DNA of 64,000 bases from Bigelowiella natans CCMP2755 (Eukaryota > Protista > Cercozoa), in contig ADNK01002623.1 in the NCBI GenBank assembly GCA_000320545.1, positions 1-64,000 on the forward strand. The letters run 5' to 3'. Under the pieces are notes generated by a model. It ran no database searches and was not told where the DNA came from. It saw nothing but the letters and a program-made list of their open reading frames with translations. This document shows, one piece after another, positions 22,776 to 36,433 of the stretch. Positions within the stretch are counted from its first letter, which is position 1, and each line of letters opens with the position of its first letter. Both the position numbers and the translations under genes were made by a program.

Positions 22776-25588
22776 TTACACTTGAATGCTGCATTGACAC
22801 GTGCAGATCTTGATGCAAGTGTTGCAGAACTGCTGGAAATCGGTGCAACATCCCTATTAATAATAGTGAGAGAGAGAGAGCCAAATGAAGGAGGATATTC
22901 GTCAGTTAGAAGTGATGATGATGATGATGATATAATGATGATGATGATGATGATGATGCACACAATTGACAAGTTCTTCACTAGCGAAGAAAACAGGGAA
23001 AATTGTGGGGCGGTGAGGGTGAAGGACAGATTTAACGTCGTATGCGATGAAATGTACTGATAATGTGCGCTACTGCTACTTTTCTTATCTTCACGTTTTT
23101 TAAATTGTGCAATAATATGATTAGTTAGTAGTTTTACTTCTGGAAGACAATCGCAGGTGCAAGTGCAATCTGGAATCGTGAAGTCGTAGCGGCTGCAGTC
23201 GAAAACATCTCCCAACCTGATGAAAGAAAAGAACAACAATTGTATCATTAAGGCAGCTAGAACCCTGATATCATAGCCAACTACGACTCCTCTTATTGCA
23301 ACTACACTACTAATTATTGTAGCAGTACTTTGAGAAGCAATGGCGGCCTTCCTCGTCCACACAGCAAGGGGGGGCATCTGGGTCTCTTGGACAACAAGGT
23401 GAGTCCTCCTGACCACAAAAAGCTGGAGCATCGGGATCCTGCAGCATATGATGATGATAATGATGATGATAATGATGATAATGACGATGATGTAAACAAT
23501 TATTAAACATGTAATAGTATCCTTTATGGCAATTATAGGAGCATGTATATCAATTACAATGCATCAATTACATATGCGACTACTACTACTATTACTACTA
23601 CTACTACTACTAACTGGCTTCTATCATCAACGAACGATGATTGACGAAGGTGATTATGATAATGATGATGATGATGATAATGCCCATTATTCTAATAGTA
23701 CCCACCCGATAGCAACATGGCCTTGCGTCTGGATCTTGATCTATAGAGTTATATGTATGTATGTATGTATGTATGTATGGAGGAGGCAACAATTCACCAC
23801 ACAAGCACGTATACATACTTAGCTGCTGCATACTGATACTGATATTAATACATACCACAGCATTGACAAACAGGGTCTGCAAGGGGGTCTCGATAACAGC
23901 ATCCTCCTGGCTCCGTGCATCCTATTAGTAGTAGTAGTAGTAATCATAGTAATAGAAGAAGAAGAAGAAGAAGAAGAAGAAGAAGAAGAAGAAGGAAATT
24001 CAAGAGCGAACAGATGCATAAACCACGTTATCAATTACTCTTTATATTACTACTCTACTATTACTGCTACGGCTGCTCGAAAGTAGGTAGTACCATCACA
24101 GGAATCTAAGCAAGCAAAGTCGCAATCGATCTCTGCGTCGCAGTCCTAATAAGGTTGTTGTTGTTGTTAAAGAACAGATAGCGTCGTAAAGTTGTAGTAT
24201 AAACAAGAATAATTACATATCTCACATAAAGCACAAACACTCAATCATGCATGCTGCTATGTCACAAATGATCATAACAACAACAACAACAACAACAACA
24301 ACAATAACCCAATTTCTGTGACAATTTTATGTGGTAACAACATATGTGTTTATTAACTGTGTACTACTACTACTGCTGCTGCTGCTGCTACTTACACATG
24401 TGAAAATGCAGTGCAAAATTGCCAGGAGCGTTATGTCTTGGGAAGCAGTGTAAGTGCAAATCAAAAATGCTATCCCTGCTCACGTAGTAACAGTAAATAA
24501 TAAGAACAATAACAATAACAATAACAATAACAATAATATTTGGAAATATATATTAAAATAGTAGTACTAACAATGATAATGATGACGTGTTGGATCAATC
24601 ATCGACCAGTGCAACAACAACAACAACAACAAAACAATGTAATATTCCAACAACAACCCTTGTTGTATGTTATGTAGTCGTACTACTACCTGTGAGAGCG
24701 AAGCCTAAATAAGCTAAGATTTCGATAAAATTCCATGCTCCAGCTAACGAAGGATCCTGTGGTTAACATTCAAGCACACACAATATACATAGTGTTCTAT
24801 ACAAACTAAGAATAGTAGTCTGTTTGTTTGTACATCTGTGTGTTGATAATTATTATGATCTTAACCCTTGCTTCATCGTTGGCATCTCTCAAATCGCGAT
24901 TTGCAGCCCACAGCAATAGGGAGACGGTCAGCAACCTTTATGAAGCATATAAATATATGTATAATCTAAAGGTCTCTCTCTTTCTCTTTCTCTTTTCTCC
25001 GTATTATATGTGGTGGCTGTTGTGTGTTACTACAGAGTCATGATTACGAATGTATACGCCCATCTTTGCCGCGTGATATGGCCGCAAGCATCGAAACACG
25101 ACTGCCACTGGAATGCAGCCTTGTTTATAAAATATAACATTCAGCACTGGGCAATAACTAACTCGTATTTGAACTGATGATGATGATGATGTTGATGATG
25201 ATGATGGTGATGAGAGCTATTTTTGGCAGATTACTCTCTCGCTATTTAATGAGTGGGGTAAGCTATCAATCAATAAATCAATAAATCAATGAATGAATCG
25301 TTCCGTCTGTTAGTAATTACGTCTTTGGATCCTAGGGTCATAGCTTCGATCAACCCCGTATTCTCCCCATCATCACCGTGGTTAGCAGTCTTATCGTCCG
25401 AAAATCCTCCTTGTTCGAGGTCATCGGGATGGTAATGGCGACGGTTAACAATTGCACCGTCGCCATGTTTGCCTCGTTCATCGCCAGCAGAGGGAGGAAT
25501 CAAGCTACTGCCTGAAAGAAATGTACAACATCATATTATACCACAAATTCTTATAAAATAATCTAAATGGATGCAATCTTCGTTGTCT

Positions 25589-25650
<62 letters not shown>

Positions 25651-26293
25651 AATAATAAACAAACGATGATCAAAGGAATGGCCTCTACCTTCAGATCTCT
25701 CCCGCTGCTGCTGCTGCTGCTGCTGTTGACGATTCTTCTTCCTGGACGACTTTGTAGCAGGTAGCAGTGGTGGTGGAATACGGGATAGAATGACTTTGAG
25801 GCCTAGTCGCTCATTTTCAGGTACTCGCAATCCTTTTAACGATGACGACAAGATAGAGAATGAATGAATCATGATTCAATAATACATAGCAGCAGCTAAT
25901 TCATTCATGGATTCATTCATTTATTCGGCAGGATGGAGGACTCACCCACCCTCCCACTCACCCACTTACCGTCTGCTGCCATGTCAGATGCTACGATATT
26001 CACTACGTCCGCACGACGCCGTACAGGCTACAAGGGAAGTTGTTAATTGTGCAGCAGATTAAGATGATTATTTGGAGAAGACGCTACACCTATATTATAA
26101 ATAATCTCCCCGTGTCATTTTATGTTTTCTTTCTCGCTCTCTGTGGGTGAATATTGATATTTGCATTGAATATCATATTCAAAGATGTTGTTGGTGTTGA
26201 CCGTGTTACGAATGGCTTCTAGACTGTCATATCCAGCGCTCTGTTTTGAAGTAAATATCGAAGATTAAAGCTGGCCTTTAGCCCACACTCATG

Positions 26294-26328
<35 letters not shown>

Positions 26329-27501
26329 ATGTGAATATTATAATACATTTACGCGTACGAGCATAGCGACATAAAAGATACACATCAGTCAAAGATTTTT
26401 GTTTTTACCTCAAAAAAGCGCCGGTAACGTTGGTATTTCCCAATGAAAATTCCATCCATGCTGCTGACATCAGCGTCTTCGTGGTAATCATCAGGTTGTT
26501 CTTTGTAAGGAGTAACAAAAGAAACAAGAAGATAAAATGATGCAGGAGTAAGTAGCCAAGAAGAGGAACATCGCTCATATTAGATCCCTAATGAGCACCA
26601 TGTTGAGTTAACCCTCCTCAACTCCCACATTCTCTACCGCGTTGTTGAAATGGTATACACAATATTAGCAGCAAAATACCGGGTTGGGGCTCTTCTTTGT
26701 GAATAAATTTTGAAGTTCTATTACTGCGAATGTCTCGATGATCACCCCTTTTCATGTCAGAACCATGAGTACTATGATTACTGATGGCAGCCGTAGTTGG
26801 GTTGGTAATAATGATAGACTTCTGCTTCCTCTGATGATGGTGAGAAGAAGAAGCATCAGGCGATGGTGATGATAATGATGATAATGATGATGGGACTGTT
26901 GGCATCGGCGTGTTTTCAAGGGAACTGATGCTGTTACCCTGGACTCAACTCCCTGTGATGATGATGCCGGTACTTGGTCCTCGTGCAGTGGGGGCAGTGT
27001 TCTACATAATACAACAGTATCGGACAAGAAATTTCATTATCTGAGCTGCTAAATTGGTGCTAGCTAGGGAATAGAAGACCTTTCTTGTCGGGAGATTGTT
27101 GTAAGCTTGTTCCCTTTTTCCATTCTACTCCTTCCCTCAATTTTGGGTTTCAGTTCTACATTGCTGCCAATGTTGGGGGGTTCTCCATTTTTATCAAGAC
27201 CTATGATACTACTTTTTTGATGTGGAGGGGGGATCGCAGCAGGGCCACTGTTGGAATTGGTGTTGCTTTGCAGCCCTTTTTTTATTGAAAGCGAGGAAAT
27301 CTGTGTTGCCACGCCTGCGGAGAGGATAATCAAAACACCCGTATATCCGCACACAAGCAACACATCATCAATTTCACATTTATTGTTACCAAGACGAGTG
27401 GGATTGCTATTCAGCTTTGCAAGCTTCTTGAGTGGAGGAAGCCCTTTGCTTTGGCTTGAACCTTTCAGAGGAGGAAGTCCTTTGATTTGAAGGGATGACA
27501 T
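22776..27501 (-). CDS. Unknown multi-exon membrane protein: long disordered N-terminus, 2-3 TM segments, very Cys-rich C-terminal tail
   Basis: N-terminal ORF 27064..27501 (MSSLQIKGLPPLK..). TM exons LLTVSLLLWAA and AWNFIEILAYLGFALTGIAFLICTY..LLAILHCIFTC. Six phase-consistent Cys-rich exons end ..CTCQCSIQV* (stop 22776-22778). Middle exons only partly resolved. Confidence 0.65.
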
Positions 27502-27987
27502 TCTCCAGATGTATGCCCCTCGTTCAAATCCCTTGTTAATGGAAGATTCTCAACCCTTAGTGGAGAGCCATTGTTGCATTATGTGAGCCCTACGTAGAAA
27601 CGGCAACGAAACATGTGCCGTTTTTTGCTATTTTGATAGGAAATGCATGTCGCATCATGTAAATTGTAGGTACATGTATAATTCATACCACATTTGAACG
27701 AAACCACTTCCCGCCATCATGAGTCTCCTGACACTTCCTTTTACCACATAAACTGTTAATGATGTGACGTTCAATATGGATGTCGCAGGAAAAAAAAGCC
27801 ATGTTTTTTTTTTTCCATGTGATTGATTATGCTGTAGTTTCAGCATCATCATTTTTTTGAACTACATCGACTACTGCTACCGCCTCATCAGCTACTCTTT
27901 GAACTAAAAGCTACGGCTGATGAACGATGGGATGGGCGCCCAGCAGCCATTCGATACCTCCACATTTGGGTCGGTTAGAAGAGAACT

Positions 27988-30105
27988 AGCCTCATCTATG
28001 GAATTTACAGCAATTGCAGAACCCAAAATTTGAACTATGAGGTGATGATGATGATGATGATGATGAGGAGGAGGAGGAGGAGGATAGGAGGACAGAAGGG
28101 AGTATAGGTTGCGGAATAGAACTCGACGAAGAAAAAGAGGGGAAAGGGGTGGAGGAGAAGGTACCTGATCGTACATTTCATTGTTAGTGCTTTATTGTGT
28201 GTGTGTTGCTGTTTGGTGTGTATGTGTGTGGACAGAAAATTCGACTTCGTTGTCCAGACTTGCTCCCAATCGGACCGTTTTAGAAATTACCCGCCCGTAA
28301 TAAGCCATCTTATATGCCTGTAGCTACTACCATTTCTACTACTACTTCGTTCTTCGTCTCAATCATGAATGATTCCAGAAATAAGGAAATGCATATATCT
28401 TCTTGTAGGAATAAGCCATATGCCCCAGTTCGAATAGGATTGCGAAGATTCTTGATTTTCGCTATCCAAACTCATCGCATCCTAAAGCAGGTAGTTTGAT
28501 ACCCCTCCAACACACAGTGATACTGCTACAATACGGTGGTGGTGTGGTGGTGGTGGAGGAAGAGGAGGAGGGGGAGGATATGTAGTTATGGTAGTAGTAG
28601 TATTGTGTTACATAAATCATTGCATGGATCGATTGTCGACTACTACTTGTCATAATAGTGGTTGTAAGATTTAAGAGAAACACCGTTCCTCTCTCACGGA
28701 CTTTGGGCACGGATGACGGGGAAAGAAGGGCAACACAGGATTCAAACAGTGCAGCACCACAACCACCACCACCAGCGGCAGCAGCAGCAGCAGCAGCAGC
28801 AACCTCCTAATTTGAAGATGCATACAGTTGGATTATTACATGCGGGTTCCATGACAAGAGGAAAATAGGAGGTGGAGGGAAGAGTAAGAGGTGCGTGAGG
28901 CGCAATTGACTGCAGAGCGCGCGGCTCAGTATCAGCATAGTATGCTCGCGGTGTGTCATGTTGACGACTTGCTATGCAATTGTACTTAAATGACGACGAG
29001 CAAATGTTAACGGCCACCACTCTATTGGCGCAGATGTAATGAACTACTTTGACATCGCTATTGCACAAACGCAACTTTACATGTAGACATGTAGGGCAAT
29101 TATGAGTAGACCCCCCCCTAGTTGATCCATCTAAGTCCAGCACGATGCATCGAATCATGTAGATCATCATGGGCACACAGAGCACACACATTCAATGTCA
29201 ATAGTCAAGTAGCACACGTATTGTCAACATCCTACAGCACAATCTAGCAATGCGCTAGAATGCAATGCTCACACACACACACACACACACAAATGACGAT
29301 GTCCTGTTAGTCTTCATGAAATAAATATGAGTGCATGAAGTAGATGAATCTCCCCATGCAGTACATCCATGTGGACAGTTGGTAATGTGAAACTCTTTTT
29401 TTTTTAACATGCATATGCCTATTGCCCGATGAGTGTTCACCATTCAATACCAACATGGAACAATATTTGTATAGTCGAAATCAAGAAACAAAGAACTCCA
29501 TCTTGGAACAATTATTCGCGCAAAATAATTGCTACTTTCGTTAGCTCGTAGCCTCTGTCATCGTCATCACGATGCGTCCTATATCTTCTGCTACATCTCC
29601 ACCATTATCATTAACAACAGCACATCTCGACATGGGCCCAGTATTGGAAAAATACGATTCCAGCTGCACAAATCATAGACACCAAATTAAGAGAGAACAA
29701 GCGAGAGAAAGATTAAGAGAAAGCAAAAGCATGATGAGTTCGCAACCTTCTTCCATGTACGACCAAATACCTTGTACGTACGTACGTAATTTGTACATTA
29801 CTACATGGCATTATTTATTTCTTATGCATATTATTACCTACATGCCCCCAAAAGGTGAATTCATCTACATGGTTCCACCTCCCTTTTCCATCGTTTACCA
29901 GTACCTGTCAACAAGAATGATCACCAAGATCATCCATCGTACTACCAGTATCTATATGATTTCGAGGAATTCTTGATTCCGCAACCTATACTCCCTTCTG
30001 TCCTCCTATCCTCCTCCTCCTCATCATCATCATCATCATCATCATCATCACCTCATAGTTCAAATTTTGGGTTCTGCAATTGCTGTAAATTCCATAGATG
30101 AGGCT
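27988..30105. repeat. 130-bp inverted duplication (27988-28117 vs 29976-30105)
   Basis: The copies are reverse complements except for the internal compound microsatellite, (GAT)7(GAG)6 vs (GAT)9(GAG)4. Confidence 0.9.
28890..29440. repeat. TG/CA-rich decayed island
   Basis: Same compositional signature as the other islands; downstream of the 3' end of the minus-strand gene at 29.6-33 kb. Confidence 0.45.
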
Positions 30106-30539
30106 TCCTAGTATCCCAAGCACCTATTCATGTATCAATTCATTTATTCAGTGTTAGAAAGAAGAAGGGGGACTCACTATGTAATCGCCAAATACCGCAT
30201 GATACGTATATCATCATTATGCATACTATTCAGTATCTAGACTGAACACATACTGGGGATATATTATCGTTGAATATCATCATCATCATCATCATCGTCA
30301 TCATAATTTGGTTCTTCGATGTTCTCTTCCATTATTCTTCCTTTCCTTTCTATCATCAGTCAGTTGTTAGCAGAGCATAGCAGCAGCAGCAGCAGCAGCA
30401 GCTCTAATACCATCTAGCTTCAAATGTTAGAGGAGATAGTGATGATGAGTAATGGTGGTAGTCGTAGTAGTAGTAGTAGTAGTGGTAGTAGTAGTAATAG
30501 TAGTAGTACCAGCGGGATGGAGATGATCATTGTATTCCT

Positions 30540-30581
<42 letters not shown>

Positions 30582-30911
30582 GAGAGAGAATACACCAACA
30601 ACCACAAACACACACATAGATGTAAGATTTCGTCATCGATATTTATGAGTTGAGCTAGGTTAGTAGTGAGGGCGAGAGAGTGGTGTTGCATTCATGATAT
30701 TGTGCATATGCAATACATAGATGCTTCTTCACATGTAAGATGAACCGATGCTGCTTTACCTCAATTTATTGGTCGTTTTTTGTAAGATTGTCTTTCGACG
30801 GGACTGTGTGTGATGATGAAAAGAGGAGGGGGAGGGGAGGGGAGGGGTGAGGGAGATGATGAGGGGAACACACTAATAGATAAGCACAACATGGAACACA
30901 CACACACACAG

Positions 30912-30958
<47 letters not shown>

Positions 30959-32172
30959 GGAAAAACAGTAATCAGATACCAAACAAAATGCTGGGGATGG
31001 ATTGATGATGCGGCATATAACGTTTAAATTTGAATATGGTCATCAGGATGGACAAATTTACTTTGAATGTGTAATAGCACTCACTTGTAGTATCGAAAAA
31101 CAAAAATTTAGTGATATAAATAACACTGATATACTGCTTATAATATGGTTGCTGCTGAAGAATATTTTTTAATTCAGAGTCTATGTAATATGAATACCAC
31201 AGTGCTACGCAAACTGAATAGTACCTGACGAGGAGATGATAACTGCGAACTACGAGGTGATAAAAGAGAGGTCGGTGATAATGATACCGATGATGACGAT
31301 GATGATAATGAAGAAGAGGAAGAAGAAGAAGAAGGCTTTGCATTAGAGTTTATCTGTGTGAAACACAACAGCAATGAGTATTAGTTGATAAAGATCTTAA
31401 ACTTATGATTGATAACATGATACACACCACTACCACCATTACCACTACCACCACTACTAAGCACTCTTCAAACCTTCTTTGAGTCATGATCATCAGAAGA
31501 TTCTACAACGAATGTCTGCTTCCTCAAGATGGGAGGAAAGCTATGGTTCTCATTGTATTGCTCAGAAATCTTGGACACAAATGTCTCTTTATCATGATCA
31601 TCTCCCCCCTCCTTCTCCTCCTCCTCCTTTTCATCAACGGTAGGTAACACAGCCTTTTCCGCCGTCGTCTGCTTGGAGGATTCAGTTGGGATGTTGTAGA
31701 TCTGAAAACATATCAGAAAGAAAAAGAAGAAGAAGAAGAAAAAGGGAAAAAAAAGAAGAACACCGTCGTAGACAGTAAGAAGCATTCACTGAGTCAAAAG
31801 ACAACGGAATCATAATGCTGTTCCTCCTTCATCATATTTGGATGATGATGATGACGGTGATGGTGATGACGATAATGATGATCCATAGTCATTAATGGGC
31901 AGCATCTTATCAGATCTTAGGTAAGTTGTGCAGTATTAAGAAAGCAAGTGCCTTATAATAATAACAATGCGGTTTGCATCTACATGACGATCATCTTCGT
32001 CGGCCGGCAGCAGCACTGAGTAATCACGACAACTCTTCTAATCATTACCGATAAAAGAGTGTATGAAGCATATGACCAGATCATGAAACATGATAAAATA
32101 GCCAAAGCCCTGACGACATCATCAGTATTATTAAGGGTATTATCGCCTTCTTAAAGGAACACTGCTGTAGCA

Positions 32173-32205
<33 letters not shown>

Positions 32206-32210
32206 TGTGT

Positions 32211-32246
<36 letters not shown>

Positions 32247-33075
32247 TATCTGGGGTGTTGTTGTAATTGTTGTTGTTATTTTATGACGTCTCCTCCTTCT
32301 CTTCCTCTTCTTCTTCTTCTTCTTCCTATCCTTACATACGTGGAACAAAGTCGGAACGAAGAGAAGAATGTCTTTTTGGTCGTTATGAGAGCAATCTGCA
32401 TCGAATGTAACATATCATCATTATCGTCATCCATTATGATATGTTGTGGTATGTTTGTAGAAATTGATCAATTTGAATAGTAATAGTATTACTACAAGTA
32501 ATAGTAGAGAAAAGAAGAAGGCTTGCTGCGGTAACAATTGTATTCGCATGATATCACCATCATCATAATGATCAACAAATACATCAGAATCATCAACATC
32601 ATCAGAATGATTTAGTTATTATTGGGTAGTAGTAGAGACAAAACATTATTAAATTACTGAATCCATTATTCTTTAAAAAACATTATTAAATTATTGAAGC
32701 CATTCTTCTTTAAAAAAATTATTAAAATATTGAAGCCATTATTCTTTTAAGTTTCTTTTTCTCACCAGCGAGATCACACCAAGAAATAGGCAGCTCACCA
32801 ACACAATCGTGAAGAAATTGCCAATCCATGTCTTTATTAATCAGATAAATTCAAGAACATCACACAGACACACTTACAACACAACACAACAGATAAACAT
32901 ACTTACCGGAATTCTGAGAGTCGTTTTCATGCCTGGTGATGATGGGTGGTACAACAAGAACAACATGCATCAGCGGAAGCAGCAGCAGCAATGTTAAAGG
33001 TGGAGATATAATGCATCGACTTCGGAGTGTTGATATCATAACAAACAATAAAAGCCAAAAGTACAACAGAATCAA
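29611..33075 (-). CDS. Putative multi-exon membrane protein, function unknown
   Basis: Exon-like segments with AG/GT borders: hydrophobic N-terminus (32860..33075), VRALAILSCFMIWSYASYTLLSV, acidic exon 31480-31700, YYSVCVALWYSYY. Chain and ends not fully resolved. Confidence 0.4.
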
Positions 33076-33529
33076 ATATTATTAACATTAACTTGTAATA
33101 TCATTAACTATTCAGAAAACACACACGTACATACACATATATTCATGTGAGTAATTGTGTGAGCGAAGACTATCAATCGATATTACTTCCATACGCCGCG
33201 ACGACTGTTAAATACGTTATGTAGAGTAATAGGATGCACATAATTGCCTGAGGAATGGAAGACAAAAACAAAACTTAAAAACCTGTTGAAGTGTTGCTTA
33301 CATTACGGTAATTTTTGACAATCTGTAGCGTGTGTCTTGTGTGTGCACGCGTGAGTAGTGTGAAGAATTTGATTGAAAGGGTGAAATTAGGTTTATAGCA
33401 GCAGTCTAATTAATAATCGGGTAATGATGACGATGATGATGATGATTGTGTGCTACTGCTGCTGCTACTACTTACTACTACTTACTACTACTACTACTAC
33501 TACTACTACTATTTACATCGGTGATGCTT

Positions 33530-34097
33530 CCCCAGAAAGCATACCATATCCATCCTTGGTAATAAGGCTCGTGTGCCCCCTACGAGAAGGAAGTTGTTAG
33601 GAGTAGCATTATCGAAGTAGTGGTAAATCATTCAACAAGCTAGAATAACGAATTAATGATGATAAATAAGGGAGAGTTGCATCATCGCCCTATATATGCA
33701 CGCTCTTTGATCTAATGGATTTTTAAAATACAGCCTGAAGTCAATCAATATTAAAGAGACGATGCTCTTTCTACTATACTTATCATCAGTATTTAATTGA
33801 CTTACCAACATCCAGAGGAATAGCGCCATTATTGCAGCCAAGATCATGCTGTATTTTGAATGCAAATTAATCCGAATCATCTAAATATTTGCCTGTCGCT
33901 CGTTCATATGGCACAACTACCACAGATACTATTACTACTTCTACTACTTTGCTTCGTAGTTTGCTATGATTTGTTTTTCGTTCATTGCACCGTCACCGGT
34001 GTCGTTATCAAGGTTGTGATCGTGTATTTTTATTACAATTGTCATGATTATTTAATATTCGTCTCTCCTCCTCATTCTCTCTCTCCCTCTCCCTCTC

Positions 34098-34133
<36 letters not shown>

Positions 34134-34205
34134 CTATTTGAAAGAAAGCTCAACTTCAAATAACATCATTAATATTAAATAGCACGAAGCGCAACTAAAC
34201 AAACG

Positions 34206-34248
<43 letters not shown>

Positions 34249-34382
34249 GTAGTACCTTTGAATGTAGATTTTACGGAGACGGCCTTTTTTCACCCGGGGA
34301 CTTTGACGGACTGCACGAACTCTTTTACAAGTACAATCATCACCACAAGGAATCAATAAATGAATAATACATGGGTGATATC

Positions 34383-34429
<47 letters not shown>

Positions 34430-34790
34430 CTCTCCCCTCCCCTCCTAAACGAATGCTCTCCCTCCCATACGAATGCCTTCCATGCGGCAGTATAGTAAAT
34501 GAAAATGTGGGATTATGTTTCATCGATGATCCTCTCACCTCCTAGTTATTATTGCACACTACCACAACTTACCCATTCTTCATTTTCGTTGGGGGGGCTG
34601 CAAGGAGTAGTAACTGCACGATTGTTAAAAACGCCATCATCAAACAGATCACCAGCCGAATTGTGTCTGGCACAAGCCAAGGGTTTTGCCTTGTTGCTGT
34701 GTTTGGAGGAGGAGGAGGAGGAGAGTGAGACCCCAATAAGTAAGATACACATGATGAAAATATATTGTACCAAGATTTGCAACATCAAGA

Positions 34791-34844
<54 letters not shown>

Positions 34845-35539
34845 TGAATTGATAATCTTCCAGTGAATCGATCCTCGTGGTTACTCCTCAGAAAAAATTA
34901 TTTATGTGTTGGCTGATAATATGACGAGGAGGAGGAGGAGGAGGAGGTGCGCTACTCTCTCACTCTCTCTCTTCCTTGCTCGCAGTAAAAAAGTATTATT
35001 TTGTGCTCTATGTGGCGTGCAATCATCTAGAAACTCATAATACAAGAAGATTAGGTTTAGTATTGGAGTAGTAGGGATCATTGATCAAGTGGTGTGTGAA
35101 ATATATAAAAAGGGTGTACGAGTGCTCGAGAAGTCCTCCATTCCAGCAGCGAGGAGATTCAGTACATTCGATTGTTGTGTCTCATTCTGCTGGTATTGCT
35201 GCTGATGATCCTTTTCGAGCTCCCCAACCGAAGGTGATCCAATGGAAGAGGAGAACAATTCCTCATTGTAGGATGATGGTGTGGGAGAGGAGGAGGAAAT
35301 CAGGTCCTCAATGACAGTCGCATCGTCTTGTTTTGCGACAACAACAGCGTCGTCTTTGGATACTAGTGATCTCTTAGCCGTGATGGAAGTGGACACTTTT
35401 GCAGAAATAATCATATTTTCATTTGCTATGCTGAACATTTTGCTCGTTGCATTTACGGGAATTCGGTCATCGTTGGATGGTGATAGTGATGATGATGATG
35501 ATGAGGCAGGTACTGCTGGAACGGAGGAGGAATCGTTGA

Positions 35540-35573
<34 letters not shown>

Positions 35574-35608
35574 GGCAGGTACTGCTGGAACGGAGGAGGA
35601 ATCGTTGA

Positions 35609-35641
<33 letters not shown>

Positions 35642-35975
35642 CAAGGTTTGATACATGTTGCTTATTCATTTTAGCCTCCATCATTTTCAGATCCAGCGAC
35701 AATGTGCTGAGGAGAGTATTCTCCTTGGATTGGGTCCCCTCTGCGTTCCCACCCTCCAGATGATACTTATTTACATCTCTAGACTCTTCCAAAGCACGCG
35801 CACTAATTTCCGGGAATTCATGTAGTCCTTTCGAGAGGATGAAACACAAGATCGTGAACACTAGCCTAGATATACACGATCTGACCATCCTCAAACTGAA
35901 AGGCTGATGATGATTTACACCACCACTTCCCCCAACCAAGAGGTTACTGATGCTCAGCAGAGCCGCTGTGATCAA
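33530..35975 (-). CDS. Putative membrane-anchored low-complexity protein, function unknown
   Basis: 296-aa ORF 35085..35975 with hydrophobic SRLVFTILCFILS and an internal tandem repeat (SSS..FNDSSSVPAVPA x2); further spliced exons at about 34.25-34.68 kb. Confidence 0.4.
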
Positions 35976-36433
35976 GGGATGATGGTACTACAAGTGGGAT
36001 ATTAGTCCAAATAGGGTTGTCGTAGCTACGGAAACCCCACTATTATCTCCAAAAGCTAGCTAGTACACCTGCATTTGGTGCATGAACAATTATAGAAATA
36101 CCGAATCCTGAGGACAAGTTGGAGAGTTTCTGATCATCTCTCAAACAAAAGTAGGTCGTCTCCAAAGAATCTCCAGATATATACAGATATAGATATCCTC
36201 TGATCACGTAGCATGTCTATTGCATAATGTTTTATTCAAAACTGCAGCATTTGAGAACGATATTGGTAAAAACGTCCTGCGTTTTTATTCTTTAAGTCAG
36301 CAACCGAAGAGCACCACCGACCTACGAATTTGACGACTTCCTGACTTCCTGACTTCCTGACAGCAGCAGGGGGAGATAGACTTTTGAATGAATTGTTTGT
36401 CAAGGGAATGAACTAATACACACAAATATCTGG

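Noticed and set aside
24400-24425. Possible GC-AG intron donor (CTG|GCAATT)
   Set aside because: A canonical in-phase GTAAGT donor lies 27 nt further on.
24690-24760. WNFIE motif suggesting a TRP/polycystin ion channel
   Set aside because: Only 2-3 TM segments and no pore region; the protein ends in a Cys-rich tail.
32640-32750. Three AT-rich tandem units of about 36 bp (similar at 50200-50340 and 60810-60935) as a CRISPR-like array
   Set aside because: Head-to-tail degenerate duplications without unique spacers or cas genes, in eukaryotic non-coding DNA.
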